Shown here: piece by piece, positions 1 to 11,927 of the stretch
Position numbering within the stretch: the first letter of the stretch is position 1
Layout: each line of letters starts with the position of its first letter
Source of the DNA: Tubulanus polymorphus
Taxonomy: Eukaryota; Animalia; Nemertea
NCBI RefSeq assembly: GCF_964204645.1
Contig: NC_134027.1
Span: 11,068,485-11,132,484 of the forward strand
Direction of reading: 5' to 3'
DNA length: 64,000 nt
The notes under the pieces: generated by a model
The model's database searches: none
Told to the model about the DNA's origin: nothing
The model's input: only the letters and a program-made list of their open reading frames with translations
Position numbers and translations under genes: made by a program

Positions 1-983
1 GATCTCACAGTCAATCTACTATGTCTTAACGATTTTCTGGCCCTCCGATTATGTCTTCAAATCTAAAACATATTCAATCAGATGTTAACTATCATCAAGA
101 TTTATTTCAATGTTTTTTTTCAAATATCTATCGCATGTATTGATTGTTTAGACTGAGTTTAACGGATCGAAAATAGACCTGCTTATTTTGATTGAGTTTT
201 ACCTATATCGATTATTGCTGCGACATATCGGAAAAGTGAGTTTTTAATTTTTTTGTGGTGTTACCTTTTTTTTAACATTTTGTGCGTGAAGAAATAACGA
301 GTTTATTTACGAACGAGTTTAACCCCAATTTTGTTTTTCTAGTGATTTTTCTGATTAATCTATAAATAGGTTTAGGAGTTACAGAGATTAATTTTAACGA
401 CAAAAGTCCTTTTGGCTTTTATTCAATTTCAAATACTCATCAATACATCATTTTTCGATGACGTGCCTCTGACCAGCTGACTCCGCCTCTCTCCCTGGTC
501 CTTGGGTCCTCTCTGCTCGCATTTGGATATTTTCACTAACCACGTAGGCCTATTTGATTTAAAACCTAACCACCAACCATATTATTGCAGCGGCGTGGCA
601 AACAACAAGGTCACAAAGCCAAAAAAGAGGCCAAATAAAAAAGGTTTTGGCGCATTCAACTCCACACACAACAGGCACCAGCTCAGAGAGACTGTTGTCA
701 TCTTCACCAAGATCCATTTTCTGGATACTTTTAAATCACTGTGACTTTAAACCACCAGAAATCCAGTTTCACTAAACCGATTGTCCTCGAAGTTTTCTTA
801 TTATTATATTCCTTCAGAGGTTCCTTCATCAAAGTCCGTGCTTGATGCGATATCAATACAGAAATAGCAAAAATGACACAATTTTTTCACTTTGAAACTA
901 GGCATTTTAACACTGTAGTTCGTTAGCAACAAGATAACTTGAGCGATGCTATCTCATCGCTAAACAGCGCATCATTTTTATAT

Positions 984-1385
984 GGAAGTGGATATTTTGC
1001 CAATGCGGCATTATTTTAGTAAACGCTATTTTGCCAATGGCTATATATAATAAGATATAGTAATAATAATATAACAATAACATCATTATATTCGGTTTAG
1101 GGAAAGGGTTTCGTTTAGAGGGTCCAAAGGGTTTAGAGGGTCCAAAGGGTTAGGATAAGGTGAGGCTATATGTAGGGAGAACTTACGGGTGGTGTTGAGT
1201 GAGCCAGGTGGTCTAGGTTTGAATCCCGCTCTATGCTACTATTTTCTTTAACTCTGTTCTCCACACTTTCCTTGATATTTCTAAGTCACGCACCTCAGTG
1301 CGCATGCGTAACGTCAATTAGCCAATCAGAACGCACCATTGGCAAAAAATAGGAATAATGCTGCATTGGCAAAATATCCACTGCC
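984..1385. mobile_element. Non-autonomous MULE/Mutator-like MITE
   Basis: ~32-bp TIRs GGAAGTGGATATTTTGCCAATGCGGCATTATT / AATAATGCTGCATTGGCAAAATATCCACTGCC; 9-bp TSD TTTTTATAT/TTTTTGTAT (1 mismatch); internal GGTTTAGGG-like repeats and a B-box-like GGTTTGAATCCC. Confidence 0.75.
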
Positions 1386-2442
1386 TTTTTGTATCTGAAA
1401 TTTAATTGTACTAAATCAGATTTATCAACAAAATGATATGTAAATGAACAAACGTAAGATGTCATAAGGCTAGTGTAGATAGTTTATTTAACAAAATTGG
1501 TTGTTTATTTGCTGAGATATCGCAGTTTGAACACAGACAAAAATGCTGACAGTAGTTGTGTCGGCAAAAGTCATGCTTGAATGAACGTGTCTGGGTGGGT
1601 GGGTACACTGGGATCGTAGAGCGACGTAGATCACTGTGGAGACAGCCACACTGCAGGACTGGTCATCCAGCCCATAATTTATCTAGCAAGTTCCTCTGTA
1701 GCTCAGTGGAATAAGGCGTGATGCTGTTGCATTCACTATCACTGCTGAGTGACAAGTGGGTATGAGTCCTGCTGGCTGAATACTGCTAGTGTGCGGGCAA
1801 CACTTCAAAGGCCTGGTTAATTAAATACAATCGGGTTCAGTCTTGGGGAAACCAAGATCCAAACGATGTACAGCAAAAACAAACATACTTAAAAGTGGAT
1901 GTTTTGCCGTGACGCCATTATTTGAGGCCTATATTATAAGATATAGGCCCTACTAGTAAAATTAACAATAAAATCATTTTATTAGGTAGGCCTATTAGCT
2001 TCGATAGGGTTATGGTCTAGAAAGTTTAGAGTAAGGTTTAGGGTCTGTTTTACAGACGGATAGGGCAAATTTAATTACATATGTAAAACAGTGTGAGATT
2101 GTCCTTTCTTTAAGCATAACTGAACGCATCACTCATGATTTGTTTATGATTTAGATGTTATCATAGTATCATAAGGTAATATAAAATACTAACAAGTTAC
2201 AAATCAAACATTTAGCTTAATATTAGAATAAACTGTATGTTTTCAATTAAGCTAGTTGCTAGTTTTATAAACTGCTGGTTCGCCTATTATCTTTAACCTA
2301 GGGGTTTACTCAACTTAAATGGGATGACTCCATATTGATAATGTTAAAACATGGCCCATTAGAAAGAAAAATATTTTACCAACAGAAAAAGGCTTTAGCG
2401 ACTGCATTTTGCAAATACCTGGTGAAAAATATGAAAAAAAAA

Positions 2443-2840
2443 TATTGGGTCTCTGGCTTCCGTTACGAGACAATTATTTTCATACTGTCTCGTGCTGTCT
2501 GTCTGTGTGTCTGTCCTTCAGTTACTCCCAGCGCGCCCCCTAGCACAGAACTAGGCACTAAAAACTCCGGTTTCGTGAAATGACCTTGAAGATGACCTCA
2601 TAATTGACGATAATGGGGTGGAAATTCAGAGACAAAATTTATATACAACATCTGGCCTATCCAAAATGCATCGGGAATAAACGCATGGGAATTTCAGAAT
2701 TCAAAATTGCCCTAGATACAACATCCGAAATTCAAGGGGAACTAATGCATGGGAATTTCAGAGTGCCTGATGCATATCTCAGTGATAAAAGATTCAAGCC
2801 TGAGCCCCGAGAACTGCTATCACTGGTGGCTTGTTTTATT
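2443..2840 (+). mobile_element. Helentron-associated non-autonomous element (HINE/pearl-like)
   Basis: 5' subterminal motif GGGTCTCTGG with an imperfect inverted partner CCTGAGCCCC near the 3' end, (CTGT)n microsatellite at ~2495-2515, internal GGGAATTTCAGA repeats, terminal hairpin GCTATCACTGGTGGC followed by T-rich sequence. Confidence 0.5.
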
Positions 2841-3114
2841 ATTAAGTCGCCGCTTGTGCACAAGTTGCCAATTGAGGACACCTAAATAAATATATATATA
2901 TATACATTGTAAATCATTCAACTCTGAAATTTCTTAGTCATGTTACTCACTAGTGTTTTATTACTCACGAGTGATTTACAACTATTGCACAAGTTAACAG
3001 TTCTGAGAGCCTAACATTTGTTTTTGTCATACGCAATATGAGCCAGTTATATTATTAGTAGTTTGTTCGTTTAACGTAGTTTTGTAATGTAGATGCCTCT
3101 GAAGAGGATCTTAA

Positions 3115-3256
3115 TACAGTCGAACCTGCTCAATCGAGATCAGTTTGAACCGATGAACTTCATTTGGGTGAATGGGATTATAAGTGATTCCAGGATCAGA
3201 TCGAAATCCAGTTTAAATTGATAGGATTGTAATCCAGTTTCAGCCGATTTGACTGT
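3115..3256. mobile_element. Tc1/mariner-type MITE (TA-CAGT...ACTG-TA)
   Basis: Begins TACAGTCGAACC and ends GATTTGACTGTA, TA flanks; related ends at ~17288, ~41796, ~43760, ~45280. Confidence 0.5.
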
Positions 3257-3393
3257 ATAAGCAAGTTTATCAGGTGAATCATTTAATCGGAATTTTTGTT
3301 TTCGTGAATTCGATGTGATTTAAGAAATATGTATTTCATCATTATTTAGATGCCTAAAAGGCAAAAACGATAATTTGATATTTGATATAACGG

Positions 3394-3731
3394 CATCCTC
3401 CCCCGGCAGGGATTCGAACCTGATGGCATCGAGATTGCCACGGCACGAAACCCTGCCATAATCGACCGTGTGCGCAGATACATGCGCAGTTCAGATGATG
3501 TGATTTTTAGCCAATCAGATATCCCGTTTTATTTTAGCCCAGATTTCCCATTTATAGTTCTTCCTTGAAATTTGCCTCAACGATTATACAACGAGTAATC
3601 TGATAGGTGCCGCCAGTTTTCGTTCGGAAAGCTGCGCATGTACCTGCGCACCCGGTCTACTGATGCAGGGGTTCGTGCCGTGGCTGAGTGTAGCGATGCC
3701 ATCAGGTTCGAGTCCCTGCAGAGGGAGGATG
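3394..3731. mobile_element. MULE-like MITE with ~95-bp TIRs containing tRNA B-box-like motifs
   Basis: TIRs CATCCTCCCCCGGCAGGGATTCGAACCTGATGGCATCG... / ...CGATGCCATCAGGTTCGAGTCCCTGCAGAGGGAGGATG; perfect 9-bp TSD ATATAACGG (3385-3393, 3732-3740). Confidence 0.85.
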
Positions 3732-4499
3732 ATATAACGGTAGACTCCTAACGACCTGAATCAATTGGAACCAATGATTTTAGTTTGGGTGAGATGACTT
3801 TCAAGTTTCACAATGTAGATTTCACTAAATGATCTATTGCCCTGGTTCGGTGAAAATTTAACTTGAAAAAGAAGTCTGCTGCAATTATTTTTCTAAATAA
3901 TGATTTTAGAATAAGCATAAGTTACCGGTACTTTGCTTACTAGCATTTGACTACAATTTGCCTGTGGTCATTTCAATCTTTGCAGAAAAATATTTTAAGC
4001 CTATCACCGCAAAGCAAAATTCCTACAGCTGTCAGGTGCAGTTAATTAACATTATTAACGGTGGGTCACTTGATGTATTGACAGTTTATTATCATAACGA
4101 TCTATTAACTCTCCATGTCTGTGCCATGGTGGTGAACAGGCTTTTTAAGCTGCATATCTGTCGCCTTCTGTATGGATTGGCCTTCCAAGAAATTTAATGT
4201 TCAGTAATCAGGATATTGGGATACGAAAGTGATACAGAACTTGAAATCTTATATCCAGGCTACGAGCAATTATATGAAATAATTGCTCGTAGATCCAGGA
4301 ATGACTGGTATGTACGAACCCTTTGTAAAGTATATACAGTGAGTTTGATTTTAGGGAAACGGTGCTATATGAAATATATCTTTATCATCATGAACTCGGA
4401 ATCCAATTATTTGCGGTGATAACTAACATTGATTTTCGCGATTGTTCTGTTGCAGTGTTTCGCAGATTTTTAAAACTTCGATTTCTTAGTCAACTGAAA

Positions 4500-7400
4500 A
4501 TGGCTGGGTATACGGCTGGACAGAGGCGAACGGTGCTCACCGTGGAGAATATGAATCCGCACGTGAGGAAAATGGAGTACGCAGTTCGTGGAGCTATCGT
4601 CGTACGCGCTAAAGAGATCGATAAGGAAATCAAATCTGTGAGTATCTATAAATTAATGCAAAACTATGTACCAAATAGTGTCGCCGTGGAGATGAATTGG
4701 GCCTTGAAATTTTGTGTGGTAGTCAATCATTGTATAAATTAATGCAACGGGTATAAACGGGTGTGAAACTATTTATAGGGGGGCCAAACGGAGGCAGACA
4801 AAATTTCAGCCAATCAGTAAGCAGGAATTCTAATTATTGGCTCTTACTGCATCAAAACAATTCTACAGTACAATATCCTTTTGCAGTCACAATGGCCCAG
4901 TTAGTAGAGCACAGGATGGATCAGGAGTTTGAGTCCCGCATAGCTCAGTACATATTTTGTTTACCTCGGATATTTCAAAGTCTCCACGGGTACAGGTCAT
5001 CAAAGCTCATAGGGTCTCCACCGGCATGGACACATAGATTTTAAATGGCCCGACTTAATTCCATTGCGAATAAATTGAACAGTTTGAACAGTCAGGGCCA
5101 AAGGTGGTTCCCACGGGTATTACTCTAGGTATTATTAATATCATTCACAGGGGTGGATCCAGACAGGAGCGGCCGATCACAGAATATTCAAACTGGGGCT
5201 AATTTCATTGTCAGTCAAGACTTCGCTTTAAGACCATCTTGGTTCCTTGTTTAATCTTACAAGTTAAGGTCAGTCTTAAAACTTAAGACTATCATTGGAT
5301 TTAACCCTTTTGCTTCGACCAATTATGTGCTGCTGGGGTCCCTAAATTAAACACATAATCAAAGCAATTTAGATAAAACAAAACCATTTATTTTTGATTG
5401 GGCCTTATTTATGATGGTGTTTCCTTGATGAAAATAGCTAGAGATATTTCTTCTGAATTCCGACCGCCATCAGAACGCGACAGCATAAGACATGCAATGG
5501 GCACATCACGTGGTGCCACCAGCTGGCTAACCACCTGAGCTAACTGCCGAAAGTTTTGCCACTTTAAGAAAAAAATCCGAACTAAGTTGTCTTGTATACA
5601 CATATTGAATGTCAATTGTATGATGAGCCCAGCTCTTCATAGACAGCAAAAAAGGTTTAGTCGCAACTGAGCTCAAGGCATTATGAGCCATCTCTGTCTC
5701 CAGTGGGTGGCTACTGGTGAACCTCGGTTTCGGCATCCGCGAAAAAAGAATGTCCGTGATGTGAAATCTTGCAATCTTGCTTTTTGGTTATAGGGTGTAA
5801 AGAAGCCATTTCCGGATGTGATCAGTTGTAACATAGGAGACGCCCACGCAATGGGTCAGAAACCTTTGACGTTTATCCGACAGGTCAGTAGTTGTACAAC
5901 TGATAATTTCGAATCATGAGAATAAATCAATTGCCATTTTTACAACGGACAAATTTAAGAAAAATGATTACTAATCCTTTCAATAGTATTATTAATATAT
6001 CAGCCCCTGGCTGGGCAAAGCCTATTTAGAGTCCTACCTACAAAATCCTCGAGAACTGTCAGTTTGACAGGATTGGTTCCTCGATATGAAGTTACCTATG
6101 TAAATTATAAAATGTAACTGAAATCGAAACACATTTCAGACACTTTTGACATGATCACATGGCATTGAATTGTCGTTGAATTGATGTACGTTTGATGCAA
6201 TAGTCCTGAATGTAATCTACTTGCAGGTGATCGCGTGCTGTACGAATCCAGAACTGCTTAACTCAGGAAAATATCCGCAAGACGTTATGGACAAAGCCAA
6301 GCGAATTCTAGCTGACTGTAAAGGTGGCAGTCTAGGTATGTAAGTGCTAAGTTCACTGCGTCAGTGAAGTGATGTAAACACCCCGAGAGCTTCATCATGG
6401 AATTTCGAACCATAAAATGTATATCCCCGGGGCCCTATGACTCCTTGTTTCCTTAAAAAAACTTCCGAACAGAAAATGCTTTTAAAGGTGCTTGGAAGCC
6501 CCTTGATTTGAGCAAAATGCACTTCAATTTTGAGAAAAAGGCTACTAGAAGACTTTGTAGTTGAACAGTAGACTACCCTTAAATTGATATGGTTGGGACC
6601 AGGACTTCTTTTTACCCAAAAGCAAGTTTAGTAGTGTTAGGATAGAAATTTACTTACAAAACCACCAAACAATTCCTTGAAATCGGGAATTTTCTCCTCA
6701 TAAACTCCTTATATCCAAGAATGACCGATTTGTAGGGACCCTGTATCCTATCTAAAAAAACGTCTACTACTATTCATCCGCACCTGTAAGAATTTATGTT
6801 ATTGATGAATTACCAATTTGGATTGGGGTGCAATTCAGCTCGATGTTATTTAAGCGACGAATCCAGAACTTGCCTTGACAATTCCTCATTATCGGCATGC
6901 CTACATGAAATATCCACTTTGTAAACATGTATTAAGATTCTAATGAAACAAGTGTTAAGATTCTAATGATGTTTGTAATATGTATTTTGTAGGATCCTAC
7001 AGTGATAGTTTAGGCCTCGAGATTATCAGACGTGATATAGCCGATTACATTACGAAACGAGATGGACATCCCGCCGATTGGCAGAACTGTTTCCTTAGCA
7101 CTGGCGCTAGTGACGGTATCAAGGTCAGTGTTCGCATAACTGGCAAGCGGATAATGAACTTAATTCTCCTTGTATCTTAGGGTACGTTAGACATCCCCTC
7201 GAGAACGCCATCGTTGTAGGTTCATGTTCGGATACAACCTCCTGTTATAGGCTACCATCCAACAATCCTCCTTCATTGCCACGATCTATTTTAACAATGG
7301 GGTATATCCGCGGGTTAAGACGAGATGATATATACCAGTGCTGTTCGCTGGCTTACAGCGGACATATCAAATCCAGGAAGCCAACCTACTGCCATCTTAT

Positions 7401-10400
7401 AGGTTTGCTATTGGGGGACGCAGTCAGATCATTGTTGCCCAGGACCCAGTTCCACAGTTCTGAGTTAAGATTTGACTCAGAGTTAACATGTTGAAAATGA
7501 ACTACCGGTGATTTTACCTCGGAGTTAACTCTAACTCACAACTGTGGAACCAGTTCCAGTATGTTTTAATTTGAAATACTTGTAGCTGAGACATAAGCTA
7601 AATTTTAAAAACTGTATAAATCTCAGTTATGGAAAGAATGCTAACATGGGTTTTCGTCCAACATTCAGCTTCATTTGGGAGAACACATAGTCCTGATGTA
7701 TGGCTAACTATAGATATTTTTGTCCCCCTTAATTTAACAGTCGATGTTGAAGTTGATGATGACTGGTGAAGACGGAAATAAGAGAGCCGGTATCATGATC
7801 CCTATTCCACAATATCCTCTTTATTCAGCCACGAATTCTGAATACAACGCTTATCAGGTAACTGATGTGGAAACGATTTAGGTGGCTGCTTTCTGCTATA
7901 TACTACCAAATATTTGAAAATATATATTTTGTATATTATATTCTGCACTGCATTTACGACTATCATTAGCCACAAATGTTTGGAGACTTGAGTTTGAAAT
8001 CCGCTACAGTATACGAATTGAAAAGATTAAAAGCGAATTTCATTGATCAAAACTTTAAATGAAAAGAAATTTTGAATTTACCCAATTAGCTTATTTTCCC
8101 CTGTGTATATATATACCCCTTGCTTTAAGTTATTCCCTTGCGCCTGACAATGATCTCAAGCGAGAGTGCAAAATGTCTTTTGATTTTAACTTTGGATAAA
8201 TAGAATTTACTTTTATTCTTTTGAATTTTGAATATAGCGCTGGTTTTAAACTAACTATCAATTCTCCACGTCAGAGTATGGCTATTCTACTGCTTGTATA
8301 CTTCAACACAGTGATTCAACTTTGTCAGACTTTGGACGATAAAAACTTTCACCAACGCCTTTTCATGCCGTAATAAAATGTTGTGTACCACCGCTAAGCC
8401 TCGCTGAAACGTAAACGTTTTAAACTGATTGCAGGTGAATTATTATCTAAACGAGGAGAGAAACTGGGGTTTGGACGTTTCCGAATTGGAACGATCGATC
8501 AACGAAGCCCGCGATAAATGTCAAGTGCGAGCGATCGTTATAATCAATCCAGGCAATCCGACCGGGCAAGTTTTGACGAAAGAGAATATTCAGGATATCA
8601 TCAAATTCGCGAAGAAAGAACATTTGTTTATTCTAGCCGATGAGGTATGTCTGACATGTCTGTTATGGTTTTCACTACTCCAAATAGTGACATTGCTATT
8701 CTCAACCCATAGCCCATTACCCCTAACCTGCAGGTATATCAGTCATCAGGGCCATACCTAGCATTTGAATTTTGGGAGAGCAGGGAAACATGAAAAAGGG
8801 CAATTCTACTGGACATAGAAATGATATTTGCAAAAAGGGCACTTTTCCGAAATTTCTGTCGAAGGTACTAGGGAGGCAATTTCTTGGAGCCAATCTATCA
8901 GGCCAGGTACCAATTCCCAGTGGACAGGAGAGGAATTGAGGATAAGTGTCTTTAGTACAGGTACACTTAAAGATAGATTGAGTTTCAGATTCGTGAGCTG
9001 ACACCTTAACTGTACCACACTACTACAGCATTCTTAACTAGCCCATACTACTACAGCATTGTTTGTCGTGTGTTCTGGTAGATTTGCCCTCAAGCAATAT
9101 GAAAATTTTGCCTCTGTTCTCAGGTTTATCAACACAACATCTATGCAGCCGGTTCGGAATTTCACTCCTTCAAGAAAGTTATGACCGAAATGGGCCCGGA
9201 ATACAGTCAAATGGAATTAGCTTCTTTCATGTCTACGTCTAAAGGTTATATGGGAGAGTAAGTACGCTGGCTAAATTTTCTGTCATACTGAAGGTCAGAT
9301 CTGCAATTGCAAAAATGCCCCATACAACAGTCCCAAGAATAAATCACCGGGTAGTGTTTCTTGCATCGTTTATTAGCACAGCATAGCCCCAGCAGGCATT
9401 CACTTGAAGAAGTATGTACCATTATCTGGAGCCAAAAGACTGGCGCGGTCAGAATTAAGATAGGTGGCAGTTGTTGTTCGCCAAAAGTGTGTCTATATCT
9501 CAAGAAAGGAGCAATTATTAACCCTTTCAGTGCTGACTAATCAATACCCTGTAGTGCTGGAGATAATTTGAAAATTTAGAAAAATTCCAACCTAGTGTAT
9601 TGAATAACGGGAATACCACTATAGTGCGTATACACCGCGGCGCGGTGTATCGTTAGTTACTAATATTTCACTATGTTTGACAGTTGCTGCCATCTTTCAA
9701 TAAAAACTAATTACATCAATACACCGCAATGTGGTGTTCTAGCAAAATCCATTACCGATTCATACACCGTACTGCGGTGTAGACGCACTGAAAGGGTTAA
9801 TCTCTTTTTTTGCATGTTTGGTATAATAAGTTTTGTAAGGATTTTTATGATTTTTCTCCATTTGTAGGTGTGGTTATCGTGGTGGTTATTGTGAGGTGAT
9901 TAATCTCGATCCCGGAGTGAAAGCTCAACTTTACAAATCGCTGTCGGCTAAACTTTGCCCAACCGTGTCTGGTCAGGTAGGTTGTGTAGTCTACAAAAAG
10001 AACAGTTCCCGAATTGCCAATCTGTTTAGGGTACTGGTTCTGGGCACTGCTTATTGTGATAATCAATGAATCCACTTTTAGCCAGGTTTGCTAGTAGTTA
10101 GGCTTATTATTGGTTATCCGCATTCAATCAATTTCATTTGCAAATTTTTCCTCATTGAACTAACTATTATCTGAAGTGACTGAACAATGACAAAAAGTCA
10201 ATCTCGTATTTGGAAGCTCAATAATTTAAGCGCCAAAAAATCCAGTTGATTGAAAGTTGATTGAAAGAACTGATGATAGATAATAGATAACTTTATTCAT
10301 CCTGACAATGTCAATTGTATAAGGACGTAGAAAAACATATCAATACACTTTGTAAGAAACAAAATATTTACAGAATATTTCAACATATCTATAGAATATT

Positions 10401-11927
10401 CATTGATAATTTTGGGTCCTTCCTATTCAATAACTCGTAATATTTTAGCTCGGATGGATTTTCGTAATGATAACTTGTTAGGTATCTTCTTCTCAGCTCG
10501 GTTTGAGAATGACAGATCATGGTATTCATCACCAATTTCACCTATGATTTCACCACTTTCATTTGACTGTTGTTTACACCATCTGCTGGTGAATTCGGTA
10601 CCCGTGTCTCATTATTATAAGTAGTTGCTGAGTATATGTAAATTCATCTAAATTCCAGTCTGCAATGGATTGCGTAGTGAACCACCCGAAAGAAGGCGAC
10701 TTATCTTATGATCTCTGGTTAAAGGTTAGCAGTGTTTTTTTTTCGTATGTACATGTAGAAGTGACTTAACCATGAACGCTACTTAATTCGGATCGTTTGG
10801 GGCCAATGAGAATAAATTAGTTTAAGAGAGATACAGATTAGACTCATTACATACACCATTTATATAAAGGTAGACCGTAAATACTGTTCAGGTTAGATTC
10901 AGATGAATATATCATTTTAAAACTTTTGGAAATATTTTTTTTAAATGCAATTCTTCTTGTAGGAGAAAACATTTGTTTTGAGTGAACTAAAGAGAAAGGC
11001 TAGACTAGTCACTGATGGTTTCAACAGTATTGAAGGTGTGAAGTGTAATGAAGTACAGGGGGCTATGTATTCTTTCCCGAGAATATTCTTACCGGAAAAA
11101 CTCATCAAGGAAGCTGAGGTTAGTGTTGTAGAGGATGGGCTCCAACAGGAGGGCCACTTACCTGAAAATTAGGGAAAAGTCGGGGAATCTTGCGAAAGAG
11201 GTTAAGTCAGAGAAATTTGTTGAGATTGCGCGTAAAAATCAAACAGTTTCTGTCTATGTCTTACATATTTGATGGTGTTTATTGATTGGATTGTTAGTTC
11301 CTGTCTGTCTTACATATTTGATGGTGTTCATTGATTGGATTGTTAGAGATTAAGTCAGGGAAAAAACAACATGCATGTCAGAATAGTCAGGGAGTAAGTC
11401 AAATAAAAGTGGCCACCCTTCAATTAAATCAGTCTAAGAACCGGAATACGTACAATGGAAATCCAGATTAAAATCCTCTACCGGCCTTGGTATTGGGTAT
11501 TTCAAATAGTTTGAGCATATTCGTATGTTTAAACTGAACATACCAATTCACAAATGGAATGAAGAGTCGTCTCTAATGAAGCATGCATTATAGATTGATA
11601 GTATTTGATGTCGTTTCAATATTCTTTTATATTCAGTCCAAAGGAATGAAACCTGATGTATTCTATTGCTTTAATTTCCTGGAGGAAACGGGAGTCTGTG
11701 TCGTTCCCGGAAGTGGATTCGGCCAAAGAGATGGAACTTATCACTTCAGGTAACTGATCGATGTCTTATTATTTACTGATTGGAATGACATTCCAGTGTA
11801 CATTCCCAAAAATAATTGAAATGTGAAATTTTTCAGAATGACAATCCTGCCACCTACCGAGAAAATCGAAGAGGTTTTAAGTCGCTTTAAAGACTTCCAC
11901 ACGAAATTCATGGCCAAGTACAAGTAA
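4500..11927 (+). CDS. GPT: Alanine aminotransferase (ALT; GPT/GPT2 family), ~487 aa. Exons 4500-4637, 5794-5883, 6227-6335, 6993-7123, 7741-7857, 8435-8644, 9124-9257, 9868-9976, 10659-10724, 10963-11118, 11637-11749, 11837-11927
   Basis: Twelve GT-AG exons join in frame (1464 nt). Motifs [55 protein letters not shown]-lysine [15 protein letters not shown] (K at 9241-9243), [17 protein letters not shown]. Confidence 0.96.
6427..6742 (-). mobile_element. hAT-like non-autonomous element (CAGGGTCCCTACA ends); inverted relative of 58091-58534
   Basis: Reverse complement of the end CCAAGAATGACCGATTTGTAGGGACCCTG matches CAGGGTCGCTACAGATCGGCCATTCCTGG at 58091; internal blocks are shared. Confidence 0.55.
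7440..7559. mobile_element. PIF/Harbinger-like palindromic MITE (CWG target)
   Basis: CAG flanks; arms CCAGTTCCACAGTTCTGAGTTA / TAACTCACAACTGTGGAACCAG. Confidence 0.6.
9522..9796 (+). mobile_element. piggyBac-like MITE, copy 1
   Basis: TTAA TSDs (9518-9521, 9797-9800); TIR CCCTTTCAGTGC / GCACTGAAAGGG; five related copies in the window. Confidence 0.9.
11147..11420. mobile_element. Degenerate hAT-like element with an internal ~53-bp tandem duplication (~11248-11346)
   Basis: Ends CAGGAGGGCCAC / GTGGCCACCCT; repeated GTCAGGGAA motifs; two copies of TGTCTTACATATTTGATGGTGTTYATTGATTGGATTGTTAG. Confidence 0.45.

Noticed and set aside
1690-1780. tRNA-like sequence (GTAGCTCAGTGG...), also ~4892-4945 and ~46390-46415
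   Set aside because: A/B-box fragments only, with no cloverleaf; probably decayed SINE heads
5619-5672. Possible C/D-box snoRNA (ATGATGA...CTGA) in GPT intron 1
   Set aside because: No terminal stem or recognisable rRNA antisense element; these short motifs are common by chance
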